Source of the DNA: the human T2T-CHM13v2.0 reference genome, Homo sapiens
DNA length: 64,000 bases
Assembly (NCBI RefSeq): GCF_009914755.1
Contig: NC_060941.1
Direction: 5' to 3' (one strand)
The notes beneath the pieces were generated by a model that had not been told where the DNA came from, ran no database searches, and saw only the letters and a program-made list of their open reading frames with translations. This document shows positions 15,000-30,660 of this stretch, piece after piece. Position numbers and translations under genes: made by a program. The first letter of the stretch is position 1, and each line of letters begins with the position of its first letter.

Positions 15000-17186
15000 T
15001 CATGTCTAATAAGGGCCTTGCCTGAAACGGCCACCACCGTCCCTCCCATCCCTGACCCGGTGCTGATCCCCGTGAGGAGACACCTCTGTGGGTGAGACGC
15101 TGCTCCTCACCCGCGGCGCACCCAAGCCCCATCAGGGCGGTGGGGAGTCCACCCCCATTCCCGGTTGGGGGGTGTGGGTGCCACGGAGACCTGCAGGCTG
15201 CAGAAATGCGGCCACGGTGGCCCTGCGTGGAGATGCCCCTCTCATGGAAATGTGCTTGATCCATAATTAACAAGGGGGCAAGGCCATGCTGTCGTTTTCT
15301 TTTTTAATCACTCTGCTGTCGTTTCGACATGGAGACCCAAGATCTAAAATTAGGCCACTGGATCCCGCACCTGACTTTCTGAGCTCCCCAGGGCAGGGGC
15401 GTGTCTCAGAGCTGACAGTGAAGAGGTGTCAAATCTGTGCTCAGGGAACAACCTTTTCTGAACACACTGCTCCCTGCATCCCTCATCCCTTGCCCCCTTT
15501 CCCCCAGGCCAGGAGCCTTGGCTGGAGGGCGGCCCAGCGCCCCGTGAGTCCACTCTCCTCTGTAGAGTCCCAACCCCTCACTGGCCTCCCAGAAACCCCA
15601 ATCGCAACCTTTTCTTCATGGAAACCAGCATGCAGGTTTCCATTTAGGTGTGAAGGTGCCTGGCCGGCTGGGGGATTAGGAAGGCTTTGCTGTCCCCACA
15701 CACGGTGTCCTCAGGGACCTGTATCCATGGCCAGGAAGAAGTTAATGTCACTGCCTTCCTCTATTCAGGCCCCAAAGTTTGGGGCAGGGACAAAGAACAA
15801 GGTGTCAGGGCCCCACCCCACCCTCCAGGAGGGGTGATCTGGCAGCTGGGTGGGGAAGGCGTCCCACCTCACCGTCCTGGCTCAGGGCAGTGTCCGCCCA
15901 GAACTTGGCTGCGGGGATGCAGGGCGCCTGCACACTTCGGACTTTCCCTGTCCTCCCTGTAACTATCCCTGTCTTCTGTGGAGGCTGTGAGAAGCCGACA
16001 AGAGATGGAAAGAGCGTAGGCAACCACACACACAGGCCCTTACCAGCGGCCACCCGGGTCTGCTTGTGGTGCCACTGTCCCAGAATGACCCCTCACATGA
16101 AATTGTGCTCCAGCCCCTCACTCTGGATCCCCCCAACTCTGCACTTTTTAAGCCCACAGTGGCTCACAAGCCCACGATGGGCCCGCGTCCACCCAATGGC
16201 CAGCACTAACCTGACCCAGCACCCCCTGCTCAGTTCAGCTCCCACGCGTGGCCTTCTCGCAGGACAGCCACGTCCAGCACCTTCAGCAGGTTCTCCCCGG
16301 CAGCACTTGGCAGTCAGATGTGGCCAGACGGTCCCTTCCAGGTCTGTACCCTACGTGGAAAGCTGAGCCAAATCTAGAAACTTCTCTGGACAACTCTCCT
16401 CAGTTCCCTACTATGTCCTCTGCCTGTCCTGAAAGCTGCCATGTCCCTGCCACGACAGGAGAGGAGCCGCACTTGGGGGAACCACTCGCCTTCCCTCCCC
16501 GCTGCCCGGCAGTCACAGCCCTCCCACCCAGAGCACACCCAGCCAGGGGTGGGGTGGGGGGCTCCTCTGGGCAGGAGGGTCTGGAGGCTTCTGCGGGAGG
16601 AGGCACTGGACCTGAGACCTGGCCCGTGAGCAGGAACTGGCTGTGAAGGCCAGCAGAGGCCAGGCTCGGGGCCTGGTAGCCGGGATCCTGCAGCCAACAG
16701 CAACCCTTTCAGCACCTGCTCCGTTCTGTCCTCTTGTCTGTTTCTCTCACAGACATACCTTGTGCAGAGAAGGTGTTTGGTTTTCAGTACAAAGAAGACA
16801 GCGTTAGAGACCCGGCCCCCTCCCCTCAGCCACAAGGCAGTGGGAGGCTGGCCTCTGTCCCTCGGTAAACAAGGGTGCAGTTCCTGACAATCCATGAAGA
16901 GAAGATGCTGCCCCAGATGTTCACAGCCCCCCTCCCATGTCCTACTCTAGAGAGAGCTGTCGTGGCCCCAAAGGCATGAACGTGGCCCTCCGTGCACGGC
17001 AAGCAGTACAGGAACGTGTTCGGAAGGCAGAGTGCGCGGCCAACAGCGTGGGCAGCTTGCCTCCCTGCTCTGGCTGCTTTTAAGCCAGCAAACGTGAGCT
17101 GCGAGCGGCACAGGCTGAGGCAACGGAGCCGCTTCCCTGCAAGGTTTCATCAGTGACGGCCAGAGTGAATTCAGCAGATTTTTAAA

Positions 17187-17533
<347 letters not shown>

Positions 17534-18924
17534 TGAAAGGGAGCACATAGCTACTCATTCAAGGCCATGCACGGCCTCCACTGGGGATGCGGATGGGCAC
17601 CAGAGTGACCACACACACATGCATGAGCACTAATGGGCACAGCTCTAAACCCTGCAGAGGGACCAACTCACTGGATTCTCACGATGATCCTACAAGCAGG
17701 TACTCCCACTATGCCCATTTAACAGAGGAGGAAACTGGAGCCCAGAGTGAGGACATGGCTTGTCCATGTCACCCAGCTGGGAAGCCATGGAGCTCTGCAG
17801 AGCACTGTACCCACCCCCAAGAAGAAGGGCGACACGGAGGGATGGGGCCGAATTAGGGAAGAGCCAGAGCTGCCTGGAGACAGCAGTGGGACACTTTCTG
17901 CTACAGCCAGAGCACGGGGAAGCGGAGGAGATGCTCACCAGCACCTGTCACAGCTCAGCCCGGCCCACCTCCAGAGCCTCGGCTCCCACCTGTCACAGTG
18001 TGCTGCCCTGGACAAGTGCCCTCCACCTCAACAGTTTCCCCTGCAAGGTGAGGAGGAACTTTCCAGAACTGCCACCTCTAGGCCTGCATCACAGAAGAGG
18101 GTGGGGGTGCCATGTCCCTACCTGGGCAGGGGCAGCATTCACACCTGAGTGAGTCTGAACCTCCCTTTTCCTTTGGCCCCTCCAGGACCTATGCTGGTGC
18201 TTGGGTTCCACTCAGAAGGTGGCCTGGGCTCCCCTGAAAGCCAATTTGGTCACATCGGCTCTGACCACGGCCCATCCACCCAGACCACTAAAGCCTGTCA
18301 CGATGATCCCAGGGCCCAGCCAGCCCCTGTGCTGCCCTCCGATCACACAGAAGCAAATGCTCGCCCTCTGGGGCGGAAGCCACCTGTTTTTCTGCCTCCC
18401 ATCCTCTGAATATGGCATCTGGGTGGGGCAGGCAGAGTGGCTCCCATAGAAGGAGGGGGATGCGTGGGTCCCTGGGCTTCTCCTCCAGGTCTCCCTCTGC
18501 CTGGGAAGAGCCAGCAGGCTTGAATGCTCCGCTCCTTTCACAGATGATGTGGCTTTAAGGAAACATGCTCTGAGGCCTTGAAGTGCTGCGCACTGTGCCG
18601 GGCACCAGGCCTCCATGATGAGCGGAACACAGCCACTCCTGGGGAAGGGCACAAGCAGCAGTCACACGTCGCACTGAAGTGGCTAGATGGACGCCAGAGA
18701 GTCCAGAGGCAGGTGAGGGGGTGTCCCCCAGACCATGAGCTCCAGAGAACAGGGCCAGGTCCTGCTCAACTGAGCATCCCTAAAACTCAGGAACAGGTCT
18801 TCTGACTCTCAGAGCAGCCCTGCGAGGCAGCTGTCATTGGGAGTCTCATTGCCCAAGAGAGAAGGGCCTGGCCCAGGTACCCAGCAAACTGGATGCTCAG
18901 CCAAGGCCGGAGCCTTCTGCATGA

Positions 18925-19332
<408 letters not shown>

Positions 19333-20603
19333 TGAGCCACTCCAAGCAACTGGGACTGAGAGGAAGGTTAAAATGCCCTTTGTCTGCTGGAAGATCCTTG
19401 GAGTGGGAGCTTTGCTATTAATGGGGAAATCAAATGCGTCTGCAGATGCCGTGGCTCCCGCAGTGCTGTGGCCCACTGCCTCTCAGTGGGAAAGCAAGGT
19501 TCTCATCTTCAGCCAAGCACAGGATGCAGAAAAGAGACAGAGAAGCCCTCAGTCTTGGCAGATCCGCAGGGGCTCTAAGAGGACATAATTTGCCTCTGAT
19601 GCCTCAAATCTCCCTCACCTTGCTGAGCTGCTTCTAGGTTGCTGCCAGAGGATTCAGTCCCAGGTCAGATGCCTGCCTGGCATCCCTTAACCCCTGGCTT
19701 TTCCCCCGGAGCCTCTGCACTCAGCAATGCCCCCAACCACTACCACCCATGCACCGGCTCCCGGCCTCTGGGCAGCCTGTTAGTCTTTCCTGCCTGGCTG
19801 ATTCTTGCCGCCACCTCCCCAGCCTGACCCTCACGCAGGGACACACCAGAGCAGCAGACCTACATAGAGCCGACACCTCTGGCCACCCTGTACTGGGCTC
19901 CACTGGCCCTTGTTTCTTTGTCCCTTGCTTCATTATGAAAGGGACGTGACATGCTGACAAAATTACACATGGTAAACAGACAGGAAACACAAAATGGAAG
20001 ATGCTGGTGCACGCAGAAAGTCTTGGAGGAGGAGAGCCAGGTGTGTGGTTGAGAAGCCCCTGCTGCCTCAGAGGCTCCTGGCTCGCTCTGGGACCCAGGC
20101 GGTAATGAGGATGCCTAAGCAGGTCCCTGCAGCCTCCGGAGTCAACTTCCTGCTCATGGCCAAAAGCCCACAGCGCCCAGAACAGTACTTTCCATTGGGG
20201 CAAATGCCCAGGAGATGTTTGCTGAATGAATAAAGAACCAAGGCAAAGCTCAGCAGGACTGAAATGGGGTGGGCCCAAGCCAGCACCAAGGAGTAGAGGG
20301 GGACATTGCAGGGGCTGGTGACAATGACAGGCCACTCTCCCAGTTCCATGTAGAGCCAGGCGTCCGGGACTGTCAGGTGTTCCCGAGGGAAAATACTGGC
20401 TCCTGGAGCCCATGGCTGCCAAGCTGAGCTTCAAGCCGGCCTCACCCTCCCCAGGGTTTACTAGGAGGAAATGGCATCTCTAAGCGAATGGCCAGGGAGG
20501 GCCAGGGACTAGCTAGGGACAGAACCATGCTTGGCTGGCTGGGCTAAACACCAGAACCCCAAGAGCTTGGCACCTGCAGTAGCTTCCTGCTGCAGGACAG
20601 TCA

Positions 20604-21501
<898 letters not shown>

Positions 21502-24500
21502 TTAGCAAGTCTGATTGGAAAGGTTTCCATCAGCAAGTCCTTCACCATTTCCAAAATGCATCCCATCCCAACCCTGCTCTCTCTGCATCCCTGCCATGGT
21601 TGCAGAAACCTTCACAAAATCCAAATCAGACCTCGTCTCTGCTCACTTCACCCCGTCGCAGCTTCTTACGCTCCCCCCCATTTTTACAGACAAGGAAACT
21701 GAGTCCCAGAGGCCCGGTATGACCCGCCGGGGCTGCACAGCTAGCAAGTGTGCTGGCGAGGCTGGTCCCAGCCCCTTCTCCACGCCTGGCTCCAAGACAT
21801 AGGACTTCAGAAAAGGGGACCCTGGGGAGGGCTGGAGGCAGTGGGGTCTGAAGGAACACTACGTTAGGACTTCCCATGCAAGCCTTGCCAATGAGATCAA
21901 CACCACTGTACCCATTTCACAGAAGAGGAAACTGAGGCTCACAGAGGCTAACTGACCTGCTCGAGGCAGGCAGAACAGGACTGGAAGCCAGGCAGCCTGT
22001 TTAAAGCGGGTGCCTGCCCCTCAGAGGCCTGTCGGGGAAGGGAACCCGCTGTGAAGGGGGCCAGCCAGAGCCTGGGCACCTGTGGAGAGGGACAGGGGTC
22101 AGAGGCAGTCCAGCACTGAGCTCCTTGAAACGGGCCTGTGAGTCCTCAGAGGTGCCAAAGGCTGGTGGGGCCAGATGAAGGCCAGTTCTGGCTGGTAAGG
22201 GACGTCCAAGTAGGGGTGGAGGAATTGTGGCCTCTGGATTGGGTGGGCATTTGTGGTTATCAGTGAGTCTGGGCCAGGATTCCCAGGAAACCCTAGGCAC
22301 AGAGGGGAGCCCGAGAACAGGATGGCAACAGAAGTGTGGGGGCAGAAAAGGCCCACCATGCAGCCCCACGCCCTCCCAGTTTCTGAGTGGGGAACCTATG
22401 GTTCAGAGCAGTGAAACGGCAAGCCCAGGCCAATCAGTGGTGTGACTGGGGCTGGAGCCCCGCTGCACGGCTGCGAGTGGCCCGGTGCTCTTCCTGGCCT
22501 GAGTGGGCCCCACCTGAGTGCTGGGAAGTCAGAGGTGGACAAAGCCTCTGAGGCCTACCGGCTACTCTACCCCACCTAAGGCCTCCACCAGGCCCGCCAA
22601 GACCCAGTCTCCAAGACAGTCACAGCGAAGCCACGGCCTGACCTGGCCAGAAAGATCCCCGGTGACCTGGCTGGGGCATGTCCTTTGCACAGCACCCCAT
22701 GTGCTGTACACTGTGCACTCCTTGACCATCACATGGTCAAGGCAGGCATCGGGTGAAGGCAGACAGGGAGGCCTCCAGTGTGCCAAGTACGATGGAAAGG
22801 CTGTAGGCCCCAGCCTCGGGGACACCAGAGGCAAGAACATGCCTGGGTGCAGGAGAAATGTGCCCTGGGCCAGGCCGAGCTGCCCGCCTGGGAGGCAGGA
22901 GCAGACACCAAGGGGCCGCCCCATCCCCGCCACTCGCCAGCCGGGGCCAGGTCCTGGACCAGCTCTTGGCACACATGGTCTCATTTCATCACCAAATGCC
23001 ACAGCAGAGGCTGTGGCAGAGGTTATCGGAAAAGGAGACAGAGGTACCTATCCAGAAAAGGGTAGGCAGGTAACCTATCCAAAGCCACATAGCTAAGGAG
23101 CAACAGGGGCTGCCTGGGGCCCAGAAGCTGTGCTGTCTTCACCACACCGGCCCCGGGGAGGGGTTAGAGAACCGGGAATGGGGGCGCGGGCCCCTGGGGA
23201 TGGTGGAATTTGGAGCCACATCTGTGCAGACATCATCACCTTTTAACCAAACTGGCCCTTGAGGAATAGCCCTGCCTAGCCAAGGAGCAGCATGGTGACC
23301 GGGTGACAGGTCCCAACCAAGCCACCCTTCGCGTCCACACCAGCTGCATGTCTACACAGGCTCCCTGCTGCCCTAGCCACAGGGGCAGGGTGTCCAGCCT
23401 CCCCTCGACACTCCTCCCCACCTCCACCTCACCCCACCCTCACCTACACGCTGCCTGAGCTTCCGCTTGTCCTTCCCGCTCCCAAGACTGCCTTTAACCA
23501 ACCATCCCCTGGGCCCTGGGATCCCTGAACCCTGGGCCTGGCCTGACACACGTCTAGGAGTCAGCAATGTGTGCAGTGTGACTGAAGATAGCAAGGACCC
23601 CGGCCGCGCCTTCCTCTCCCCTCTCTCCTCCCTTCCTCCAGACCCCACACTCAAATCCTATTTGCCTCAGGTTCCAGGGAGTCTCACATGATGGGCAGGA
23701 CCCACACACACCACAGTCATCAAACATTCACTGGGCACCGTGGGGCAGGGCCCAGAGGACAACAGCCACTCCCAGCTCACATTTTTCAGGCTTCAACTCT
23801 GCCTGGCTCCCTGTGCTGCACACGGAGTGTGTCACATCCTCACACGACCCAGGAGGTGGAACCTACAGGTAACCCTCTTTCACAGTTAAGAACGCCAAGG
23901 CACGAAGCTTAGCACAGTGAATGGCCAGCCACAGCCGGAACCCAAGCGGTGAGGCTGCAAGCTGGAAGCTAAGTCCCCCTGAGTCCCTGCCTGAGCCCAA
24001 CCTGAAGAAGCCTGGAAAGGTATCAAGGACAAAACCCACAGAGCAGTTCCACAACAGATGCCCTGGGGTGGCTGCCCGAGGGGGAAGCGGACGGTAAGGC
24101 TGGAGGTAGGAAGAGGGAACAGACGAGGGTCACTGACGCTGAGCTGGCTCCAGGCACCACCCACTCCAGGCACCATCCCGGCCCTTGCAACAGTGAGCCA
24201 GGCAGCTGTGCCTGGGTCACAGATGAGAATACCAAGGCTCGGAGAAGCCAGGAACCTTGCCCAGGTCCGTCTTGCTATCAAAGGCAGGACAGACCTGTGT
24301 GCTGAGAGGCCCAGAGATATGAGGGGGGCACAACCGCACCGGGCTCCCGAGGATGGCAAGGGGGACAGACTCCAGTGGGCTCAAGGACATGGGGGTACCA
24401 CTTCCACGTGGCTACCTCACGCGGACGCCCCACGTGCGGCCTGACCCACAGGAAGTCCAGTCATAATATTGACACAGGCAGGGCACACAGCAGCCGGGAA

Positions 24501-25038
24501 GCTGGGCTGTTGCGAAGTTGGCGCAGGGCATGTGAGGGCACCCCAGGCTCCGGTGGGAGGGGCCTCAGGACCGGATCTGGGCCGGATCCACGAGAGGCGC
24601 TTGGAGGGCCTCTTCCTGCCAGCAAGGCTGGCGTTCCGGCCCATTGGAGTCGGCCGTGCTGCAGCTCGGGGCTGTTTTTCCACTTTCCTGCCATGATGCA
24701 TCCATGTACCAGGCAGTGAGAGGCATAGGGGGCATGAAGCACAGGGCGGGACCAGCTCTGCACACACGGCCGAGGCCCTGACAAGTCAAGTGACTTCTCG
24801 GGCCTTCAGCTGCTGCTTCTGTAACACCAGTGCTGCCCCTTAAGGCAGATCGGATCCGCTGGATCCATGTGTTGTGTCTCAGGCACTGAGCTCACTGCAG
24901 CGGCAGCCACGACAGTGGCAGGAGTGTTGATGATGACTATGAGGCTGACCACCGTGACAGTCACAGTGGAGGCACGGTTAGCACTGAGCTCCTGATGGGG
25001 AGGGCACTGTCCCTCGCCACGGGCTGTCCCGCCCCTCA

Positions 25039-25584
<546 letters not shown>

Positions 25585-28500
25585 TCAAAGGGAAGGAGGC
25601 CTCAAGTGGCTGCTGGTGACTCTGACGCCTGCCTTGGACACTTACCTTGTGACTAGGACAGCCTGGCCGAGGCTCCAAGATCTGTCTCAGCAGCAGGGGA
25701 GAGTTGGAGGGTGGGCGCTAGGGGTGCAGGAAGCCCCAGCCTGAGGAGCCGGCAGACTAAGAGCCCCTGAGGCCCTCGGAGAGAAGCACGTTGGGGGTTC
25801 CCACCAGCTGCTCCTTAACAGCACCTCCACCTCCCAGGGAGGCTTCCTGACCTCAGGTACATGGGGCTTCTGGGCAGACACCTGGTCTACATGGGTGTTG
25901 TTATTGGTGCCAGCCATTGGTGGGGCCAAACCTGGCCTCTGACCCCTCAGCCCTTCCAATAACCGCATCCGCAGGGGCCCCCTCTCAGCCCCACCTCGCA
26001 GGGAGGTGCCATCTCTGAGTTCCACGGAAATGCGAAGGGGGAAGCCCCAGGATTCTGCAGCAAGAAGCACAGGGTGCCCCTTAGGAAGAAGGGGCAGTTT
26101 TGGCCTGAGATAGAGGAAGGCCAGAAAGGCGACTAAAAATTTCATGAGCAAAGATCATTAATAGCAATAGCAACATCGCCCATCCACGCTGGCTTTATTG
26201 CTTTATTACAACCATGCTGCTACCGTAAGCGGGTGGCAGGCAAAGCGACAGGTGTACTGGGGCCGCTGTGTGCCTGGAGCCCGGCTGCCCACACCAAGCT
26301 CCTCAGCCAACCCTGAGGAAGGGACGCTATGCTCATCTTAGAGGAAAGACCAAACGCCTTTCTAAGAACGCACATGGCCAGGTCTGAGGCCACTAGGGCA
26401 GCCAGCTCCAGCACAGCCCCACCCACCTCACCCAGGAGTGGGGCACAGTCTGCCCGCCTCCCCAGGAGGGCACTGGCTCCTGGAAGAGGGGAGTCTCTAG
26501 CACTCGGCCTGCACAGGGCTTGTGAGGCCCTCACAGGGCGGGGCTGTGGCCTCGGCAGCTTTAATTCTCTAGAGCCCCTGCCCAGCCCCTTTAGGCCTGG
26601 CTGTCCCCTATGTTCTTCCTCCTGAGTCTTGGGAAGGAGCCCTCTTGGCTAAGGTGGTTTTGAGAGCAATCCCACCAGCCCCAGGGCGGAGGCATGGGTG
26701 GGTCAGGGGGAAGGAGAAGAGCCACAGACGCCACCGGAAGGATGCGGCATTGAACACCAGGTCCTTGGGCCGTGGTGGCGGCACTGGTCCCACAGTTGCT
26801 TCCCACCAATGGCTCTTACCCCTCTGGGACTCTTACCTGCCCACATTCCACTCCTGGCAGGGAGTGAGGAATGGAGATGGAGTATGGGGCTTGGGTGGGG
26901 GGCTGCCTCCCCTCTGCCCCCAGTGGAATCTTCATCCCCAAATCCAGCTGTTTCCAAGCCCTCTTCCCCATCTCCCTTGGATTAACAGAGGATCCAGAAT
27001 GGAAAGGACCTTGGGAGATAATTTACCTCCTTTGATTTTAGCCCAGGAAACTACAAGCAGGAGAGGGGACCAGAACTTGCCAAGTTTACACAGCAGGGCG
27101 GTGCAGAACAGAATTACACATAATAAGGGCACAGAGGCCAGAGAGGGCAGAGGCACTTCAGCAACATCCGGCCAGCTCACAGAAACCCCCAAACCTCAGT
27201 CTCCTTGGAAACTCCAGCTAAGTCCCATGAGCAGCCCGTTCCATCTGGGAAGGCGGGTACCCCCAGTCTCTCTTCCCTCTGCTCCCACAGCTGCCCAAGG
27301 GGGACAGTGCCTAGCAGCTGCCAACGCTGTCCTCACCAGAGGGGCTCACACCCACCGCCCATGCCAATTCAAGCAAGAGGCTGTGACGTCAGCTGGACAG
27401 GTGGGACTCAGGCTGGTAGGGGTGCCCTGGCCAGGGAGGGCCTTGGGAGAAAGGCCTCCAGGAACACACACCCCTGCACTGCACACACCGGGTGGGGTCC
27501 CTGCCTTGGGTCATTTTCAGCATGGGATGGTGGGACAAATGTCTTCCTAGGAGGGTGAGCCCAGCAGCTGCCTGGAACCTCTTGCACACCTGCAGAGCCC
27601 TGCGCCTGCCTGCCAGTGCCTTGCGAGACAACAGCTGGTTTTGAAAACTGTGGCTGGGGAATCTCTGCAGGCTCCACCTCCCACCCTCTGCGTCCATCCT
27701 CAGGACCCTCCTAATTGGCTACTTCCCATCAGGCAACCAGATTCTCCATCCCCCTTCCCCCAGGACCTTTGAGTCAGGCTGCTCTGCCCCCATTTCAGCT
27801 TCTCTTGAGATCTCTGCCCACTGCCCAGGGCACACCTTGCCTGTAAGCGAAGGGTCCCCACAGCCAGCCCAGGCTCACCAGCCACCAACACCTGCAGGAG
27901 AGAGACCACACGTCTGCATCAGGCCAGTGTCCCCTTTTTTGAATAAAATAATGGAATCATCTCAAGGTCCAGCAGTAACACAAACAAGGGAAACTCCCCT
28001 GGAACAGAAGCTCAGTGTTCTCAGCCCAGCATCTTCTGAACCGGGAGGCCCAGTGGGCAGCCTAGCACTTACCGTCTCCTATCTGAGCCCACCTAAGTCT
28101 CACTGTGCCACGCCTGGCAGGAAATGGGGAGGGCGGGGAGTCAGGACAGGTGGCAGGAACAGGGCTGCCTCTAGGGCAACTGATGAACCCTGGCAGCAGC
28201 ATCCGTGACACTGGAGAGCCCAACACCAGCTGCCACTGTGTGGCCCTGTGGCATTGGCCACAAATGAGCACATCCATCAGCTCCTGAGTCTCAAGCTGTC
28301 CCTCCCAGGCTGACTCCGCACTTCTGGAGAGAAAGGGGCCGCCAGCTACAGAAGTACTCTCCAAGATGTATCCCTAGAGGCCATGAGAATTTTCTAGGCA
28401 AGAGTTTCTGGGGCTAAGTGAAAGTGCTTGGCCTAAAGCTGGGAGCAGTGGCTGAAAGAGGCAGGCCTGGGTGTTTCCACTCATGCAAGAGCTCTTCTGG

Positions 28501-30605
28501 AGATGGAGCAGCCAGGCAGCTCCCGCAGCTGCTTCTCCTTGGAGCCCAAACCCTTTTACACCCATTCCCTCCTGAAGGCCTTGTTGCACGTCTGAGCAAA
28601 GTGGGGCAGAGGCTGCTCCTCCAGACTCAAGGGAAGGGTTTTGTTTTGGGTCACCAAGTAGGTTAGCAGTGAAATGACACAAAAACTCATGCCTTGGAAA
28701 TTGTCCATGGAATTTCATTCAGCCTTCAAAGAAGACCCAGGAATGGGGTAAAGCAAATAACACAGCCCCGCTGGGCTGCATCTCAGTTCCTGACAGTGCA
28801 GGCCTGGGGCCTGGCAGGGAGTTTTACAGGGAGAGAAAGAAGGCATGAGAAAGTGGGGAACAGCCAAGCGGGTTGTGCGTGATCCCAGTAGAGTTGGGGG
28901 TGAGTGTGCCTGGTTGCATGGCTTCCTGGGGACGCCTCAGGGTTCCTCCTCCAGGAAAGAGGGCACCCTTCACCATCCATGCCTCACAGCACCAGGCCAG
29001 GCCCGGGACATCCACAGGTGCCTCAGACCCCACCCCTAGTTTCCAAGAGCTCTCAGTCTAGGCAGGAGGCAAAACACACACTTTCAACCTCAGTTCCCGG
29101 GGCTAGGGCTCAGCACTGCCGCAGGGTTCAGGAAGGCACAGGGAGGAGGGCCCAGCCATGTCTGCACAGAGCCAGGGCTCAGGGAAGCCAGGCTGGAAGA
29201 GCCAAGGCAGCCAGGTGAAGGCGGGAAAGCTGGCGAAGGGGAGGAAGCAGAAAGTGCAAAGGCACTGAAGTACGGAGAAGAACGCGTCTGCAGAACAGTG
29301 GTGGCTCAGGTGGCCCAAGCTCTGGGAGATAAGTTTCAGGAGATGCACCCAACTGGGCGCAGGGGGGCAGATCGCGAACGAACCTCACCAGCCATGCTTA
29401 GCCTGAAGGCCACCAGCCGGGTCCACAGAAAGGTGGAAGTAGGAGGCCCAACCTACTGGGAATGCCTAAGAAAAGGGAAAGTAACTAAGGCAGCCTGGGT
29501 CCCCTGCCTCCTCTCCTCAGTGTGGGAGGGATCCCGAGAGATGTCTACACCAAACCCTACTGCCCAGGGCCGCACGCTGCCTTTCGGTTAGGGTGATTCT
29601 GCTCACACTAGCAGTGTCCAATAGCCTTCATCATGCTGTAAATGCCAGAACCAAAAATAAATCATCCAGGGAAGACACGCTTGGGTCCCACCCAGCCATC
29701 TCTGGAGTATGAGGAACCTACAGGGAGGGATGGGCCGGCTCAGTGGAAGAGATCGGCTCAGTGGGGATCCTGCCTGCCAGGCTCCAGGTGGGAGTGCGCT
29801 CCCTCTCCCCTCCCTTTTGTTCCTGTCCATGTCACTCCCAGCCATCCTGGCACAGGCTGTGAGCTGACCCAGTTCGAGACACCTTGTTGTACACTTTGTC
29901 ACCACGTTGCTCAGGCACCACAATTCTAAAGTTAGCCCTAGCCTGATAGCAGAGGCTCCCCACCAGGCCAGTGCCAGCAGCACACAGAGCAATGCTGCTG
30001 CCCAGCTCAGCTGCCATTCAGAGGCAGGCAGTGCCCCAGGGGCAGCAGGGCTGTTGCCAGCTAAAAGCCCACGTCCACTGCCTGGCTCTGAAAGATCCCA
30101 CACTCATGTGCCGTGGAACGGCTTGCACTTGAGACCCAACATCAAGGGGCCAGGGGAGTGAGCGTGGGCACTGGGGACAAGGCACTGACTGTCCCCAGCC
30201 ATGGAGCTGAAGCTAGACCTGCCATTCGTTCTGCAGGAGTCCAGCTGTGAGCACAGCCCAGACAGGAGCGGGGGAGAGCTAGGAGGGCCACAGTATCTTA
30301 GGTGACACTGGTCTGAAGAGACAAGAGCTGTGCTCCTAGAGCCAAGGTCTCAGTCAGGCCTGATGAGCCAGCTGGCTCTGCTCAAAGAAAAACCCTTCTT
30401 GTGCCACAGGCTCCGCCAGTAAGCCCAGCTCAGCTCAGCTTTCCCGCAAGTGCAAGAGGCCCTGGCAGAGGACGACGCTTTCTGGTCCAGAAACACTGGC
30501 TTGGAGCCCACTGGATATGCGGCCATGCCCTGGGAGCCAGATTTCTGAGCCAGATGGAAGCAAGGGTCTCAGACAGTTTGGCTCATGCCCCCATCCTAAC
30601 TTCTG

Positions 30606-30660
30606 ACACACACACACTCACACACATGCACACACTCACACACATACACACACACACACA
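30606..30660 (+). repeat. Imperfect (CA)n microsatellite
   Basis: ACACACACACTCACACACATGCACACACTCACACACATACACACACACACACA. Confidence 0.9.

Noticed and set aside
26645-27550. Longest ORF in the track (301 aa, + strand)
   Set aside because: Low-complexity P/G/R/L-rich translation with no recognisable domain and a non-ATG start. Long ORFs arise by chance in GC-rich intronic DNA.
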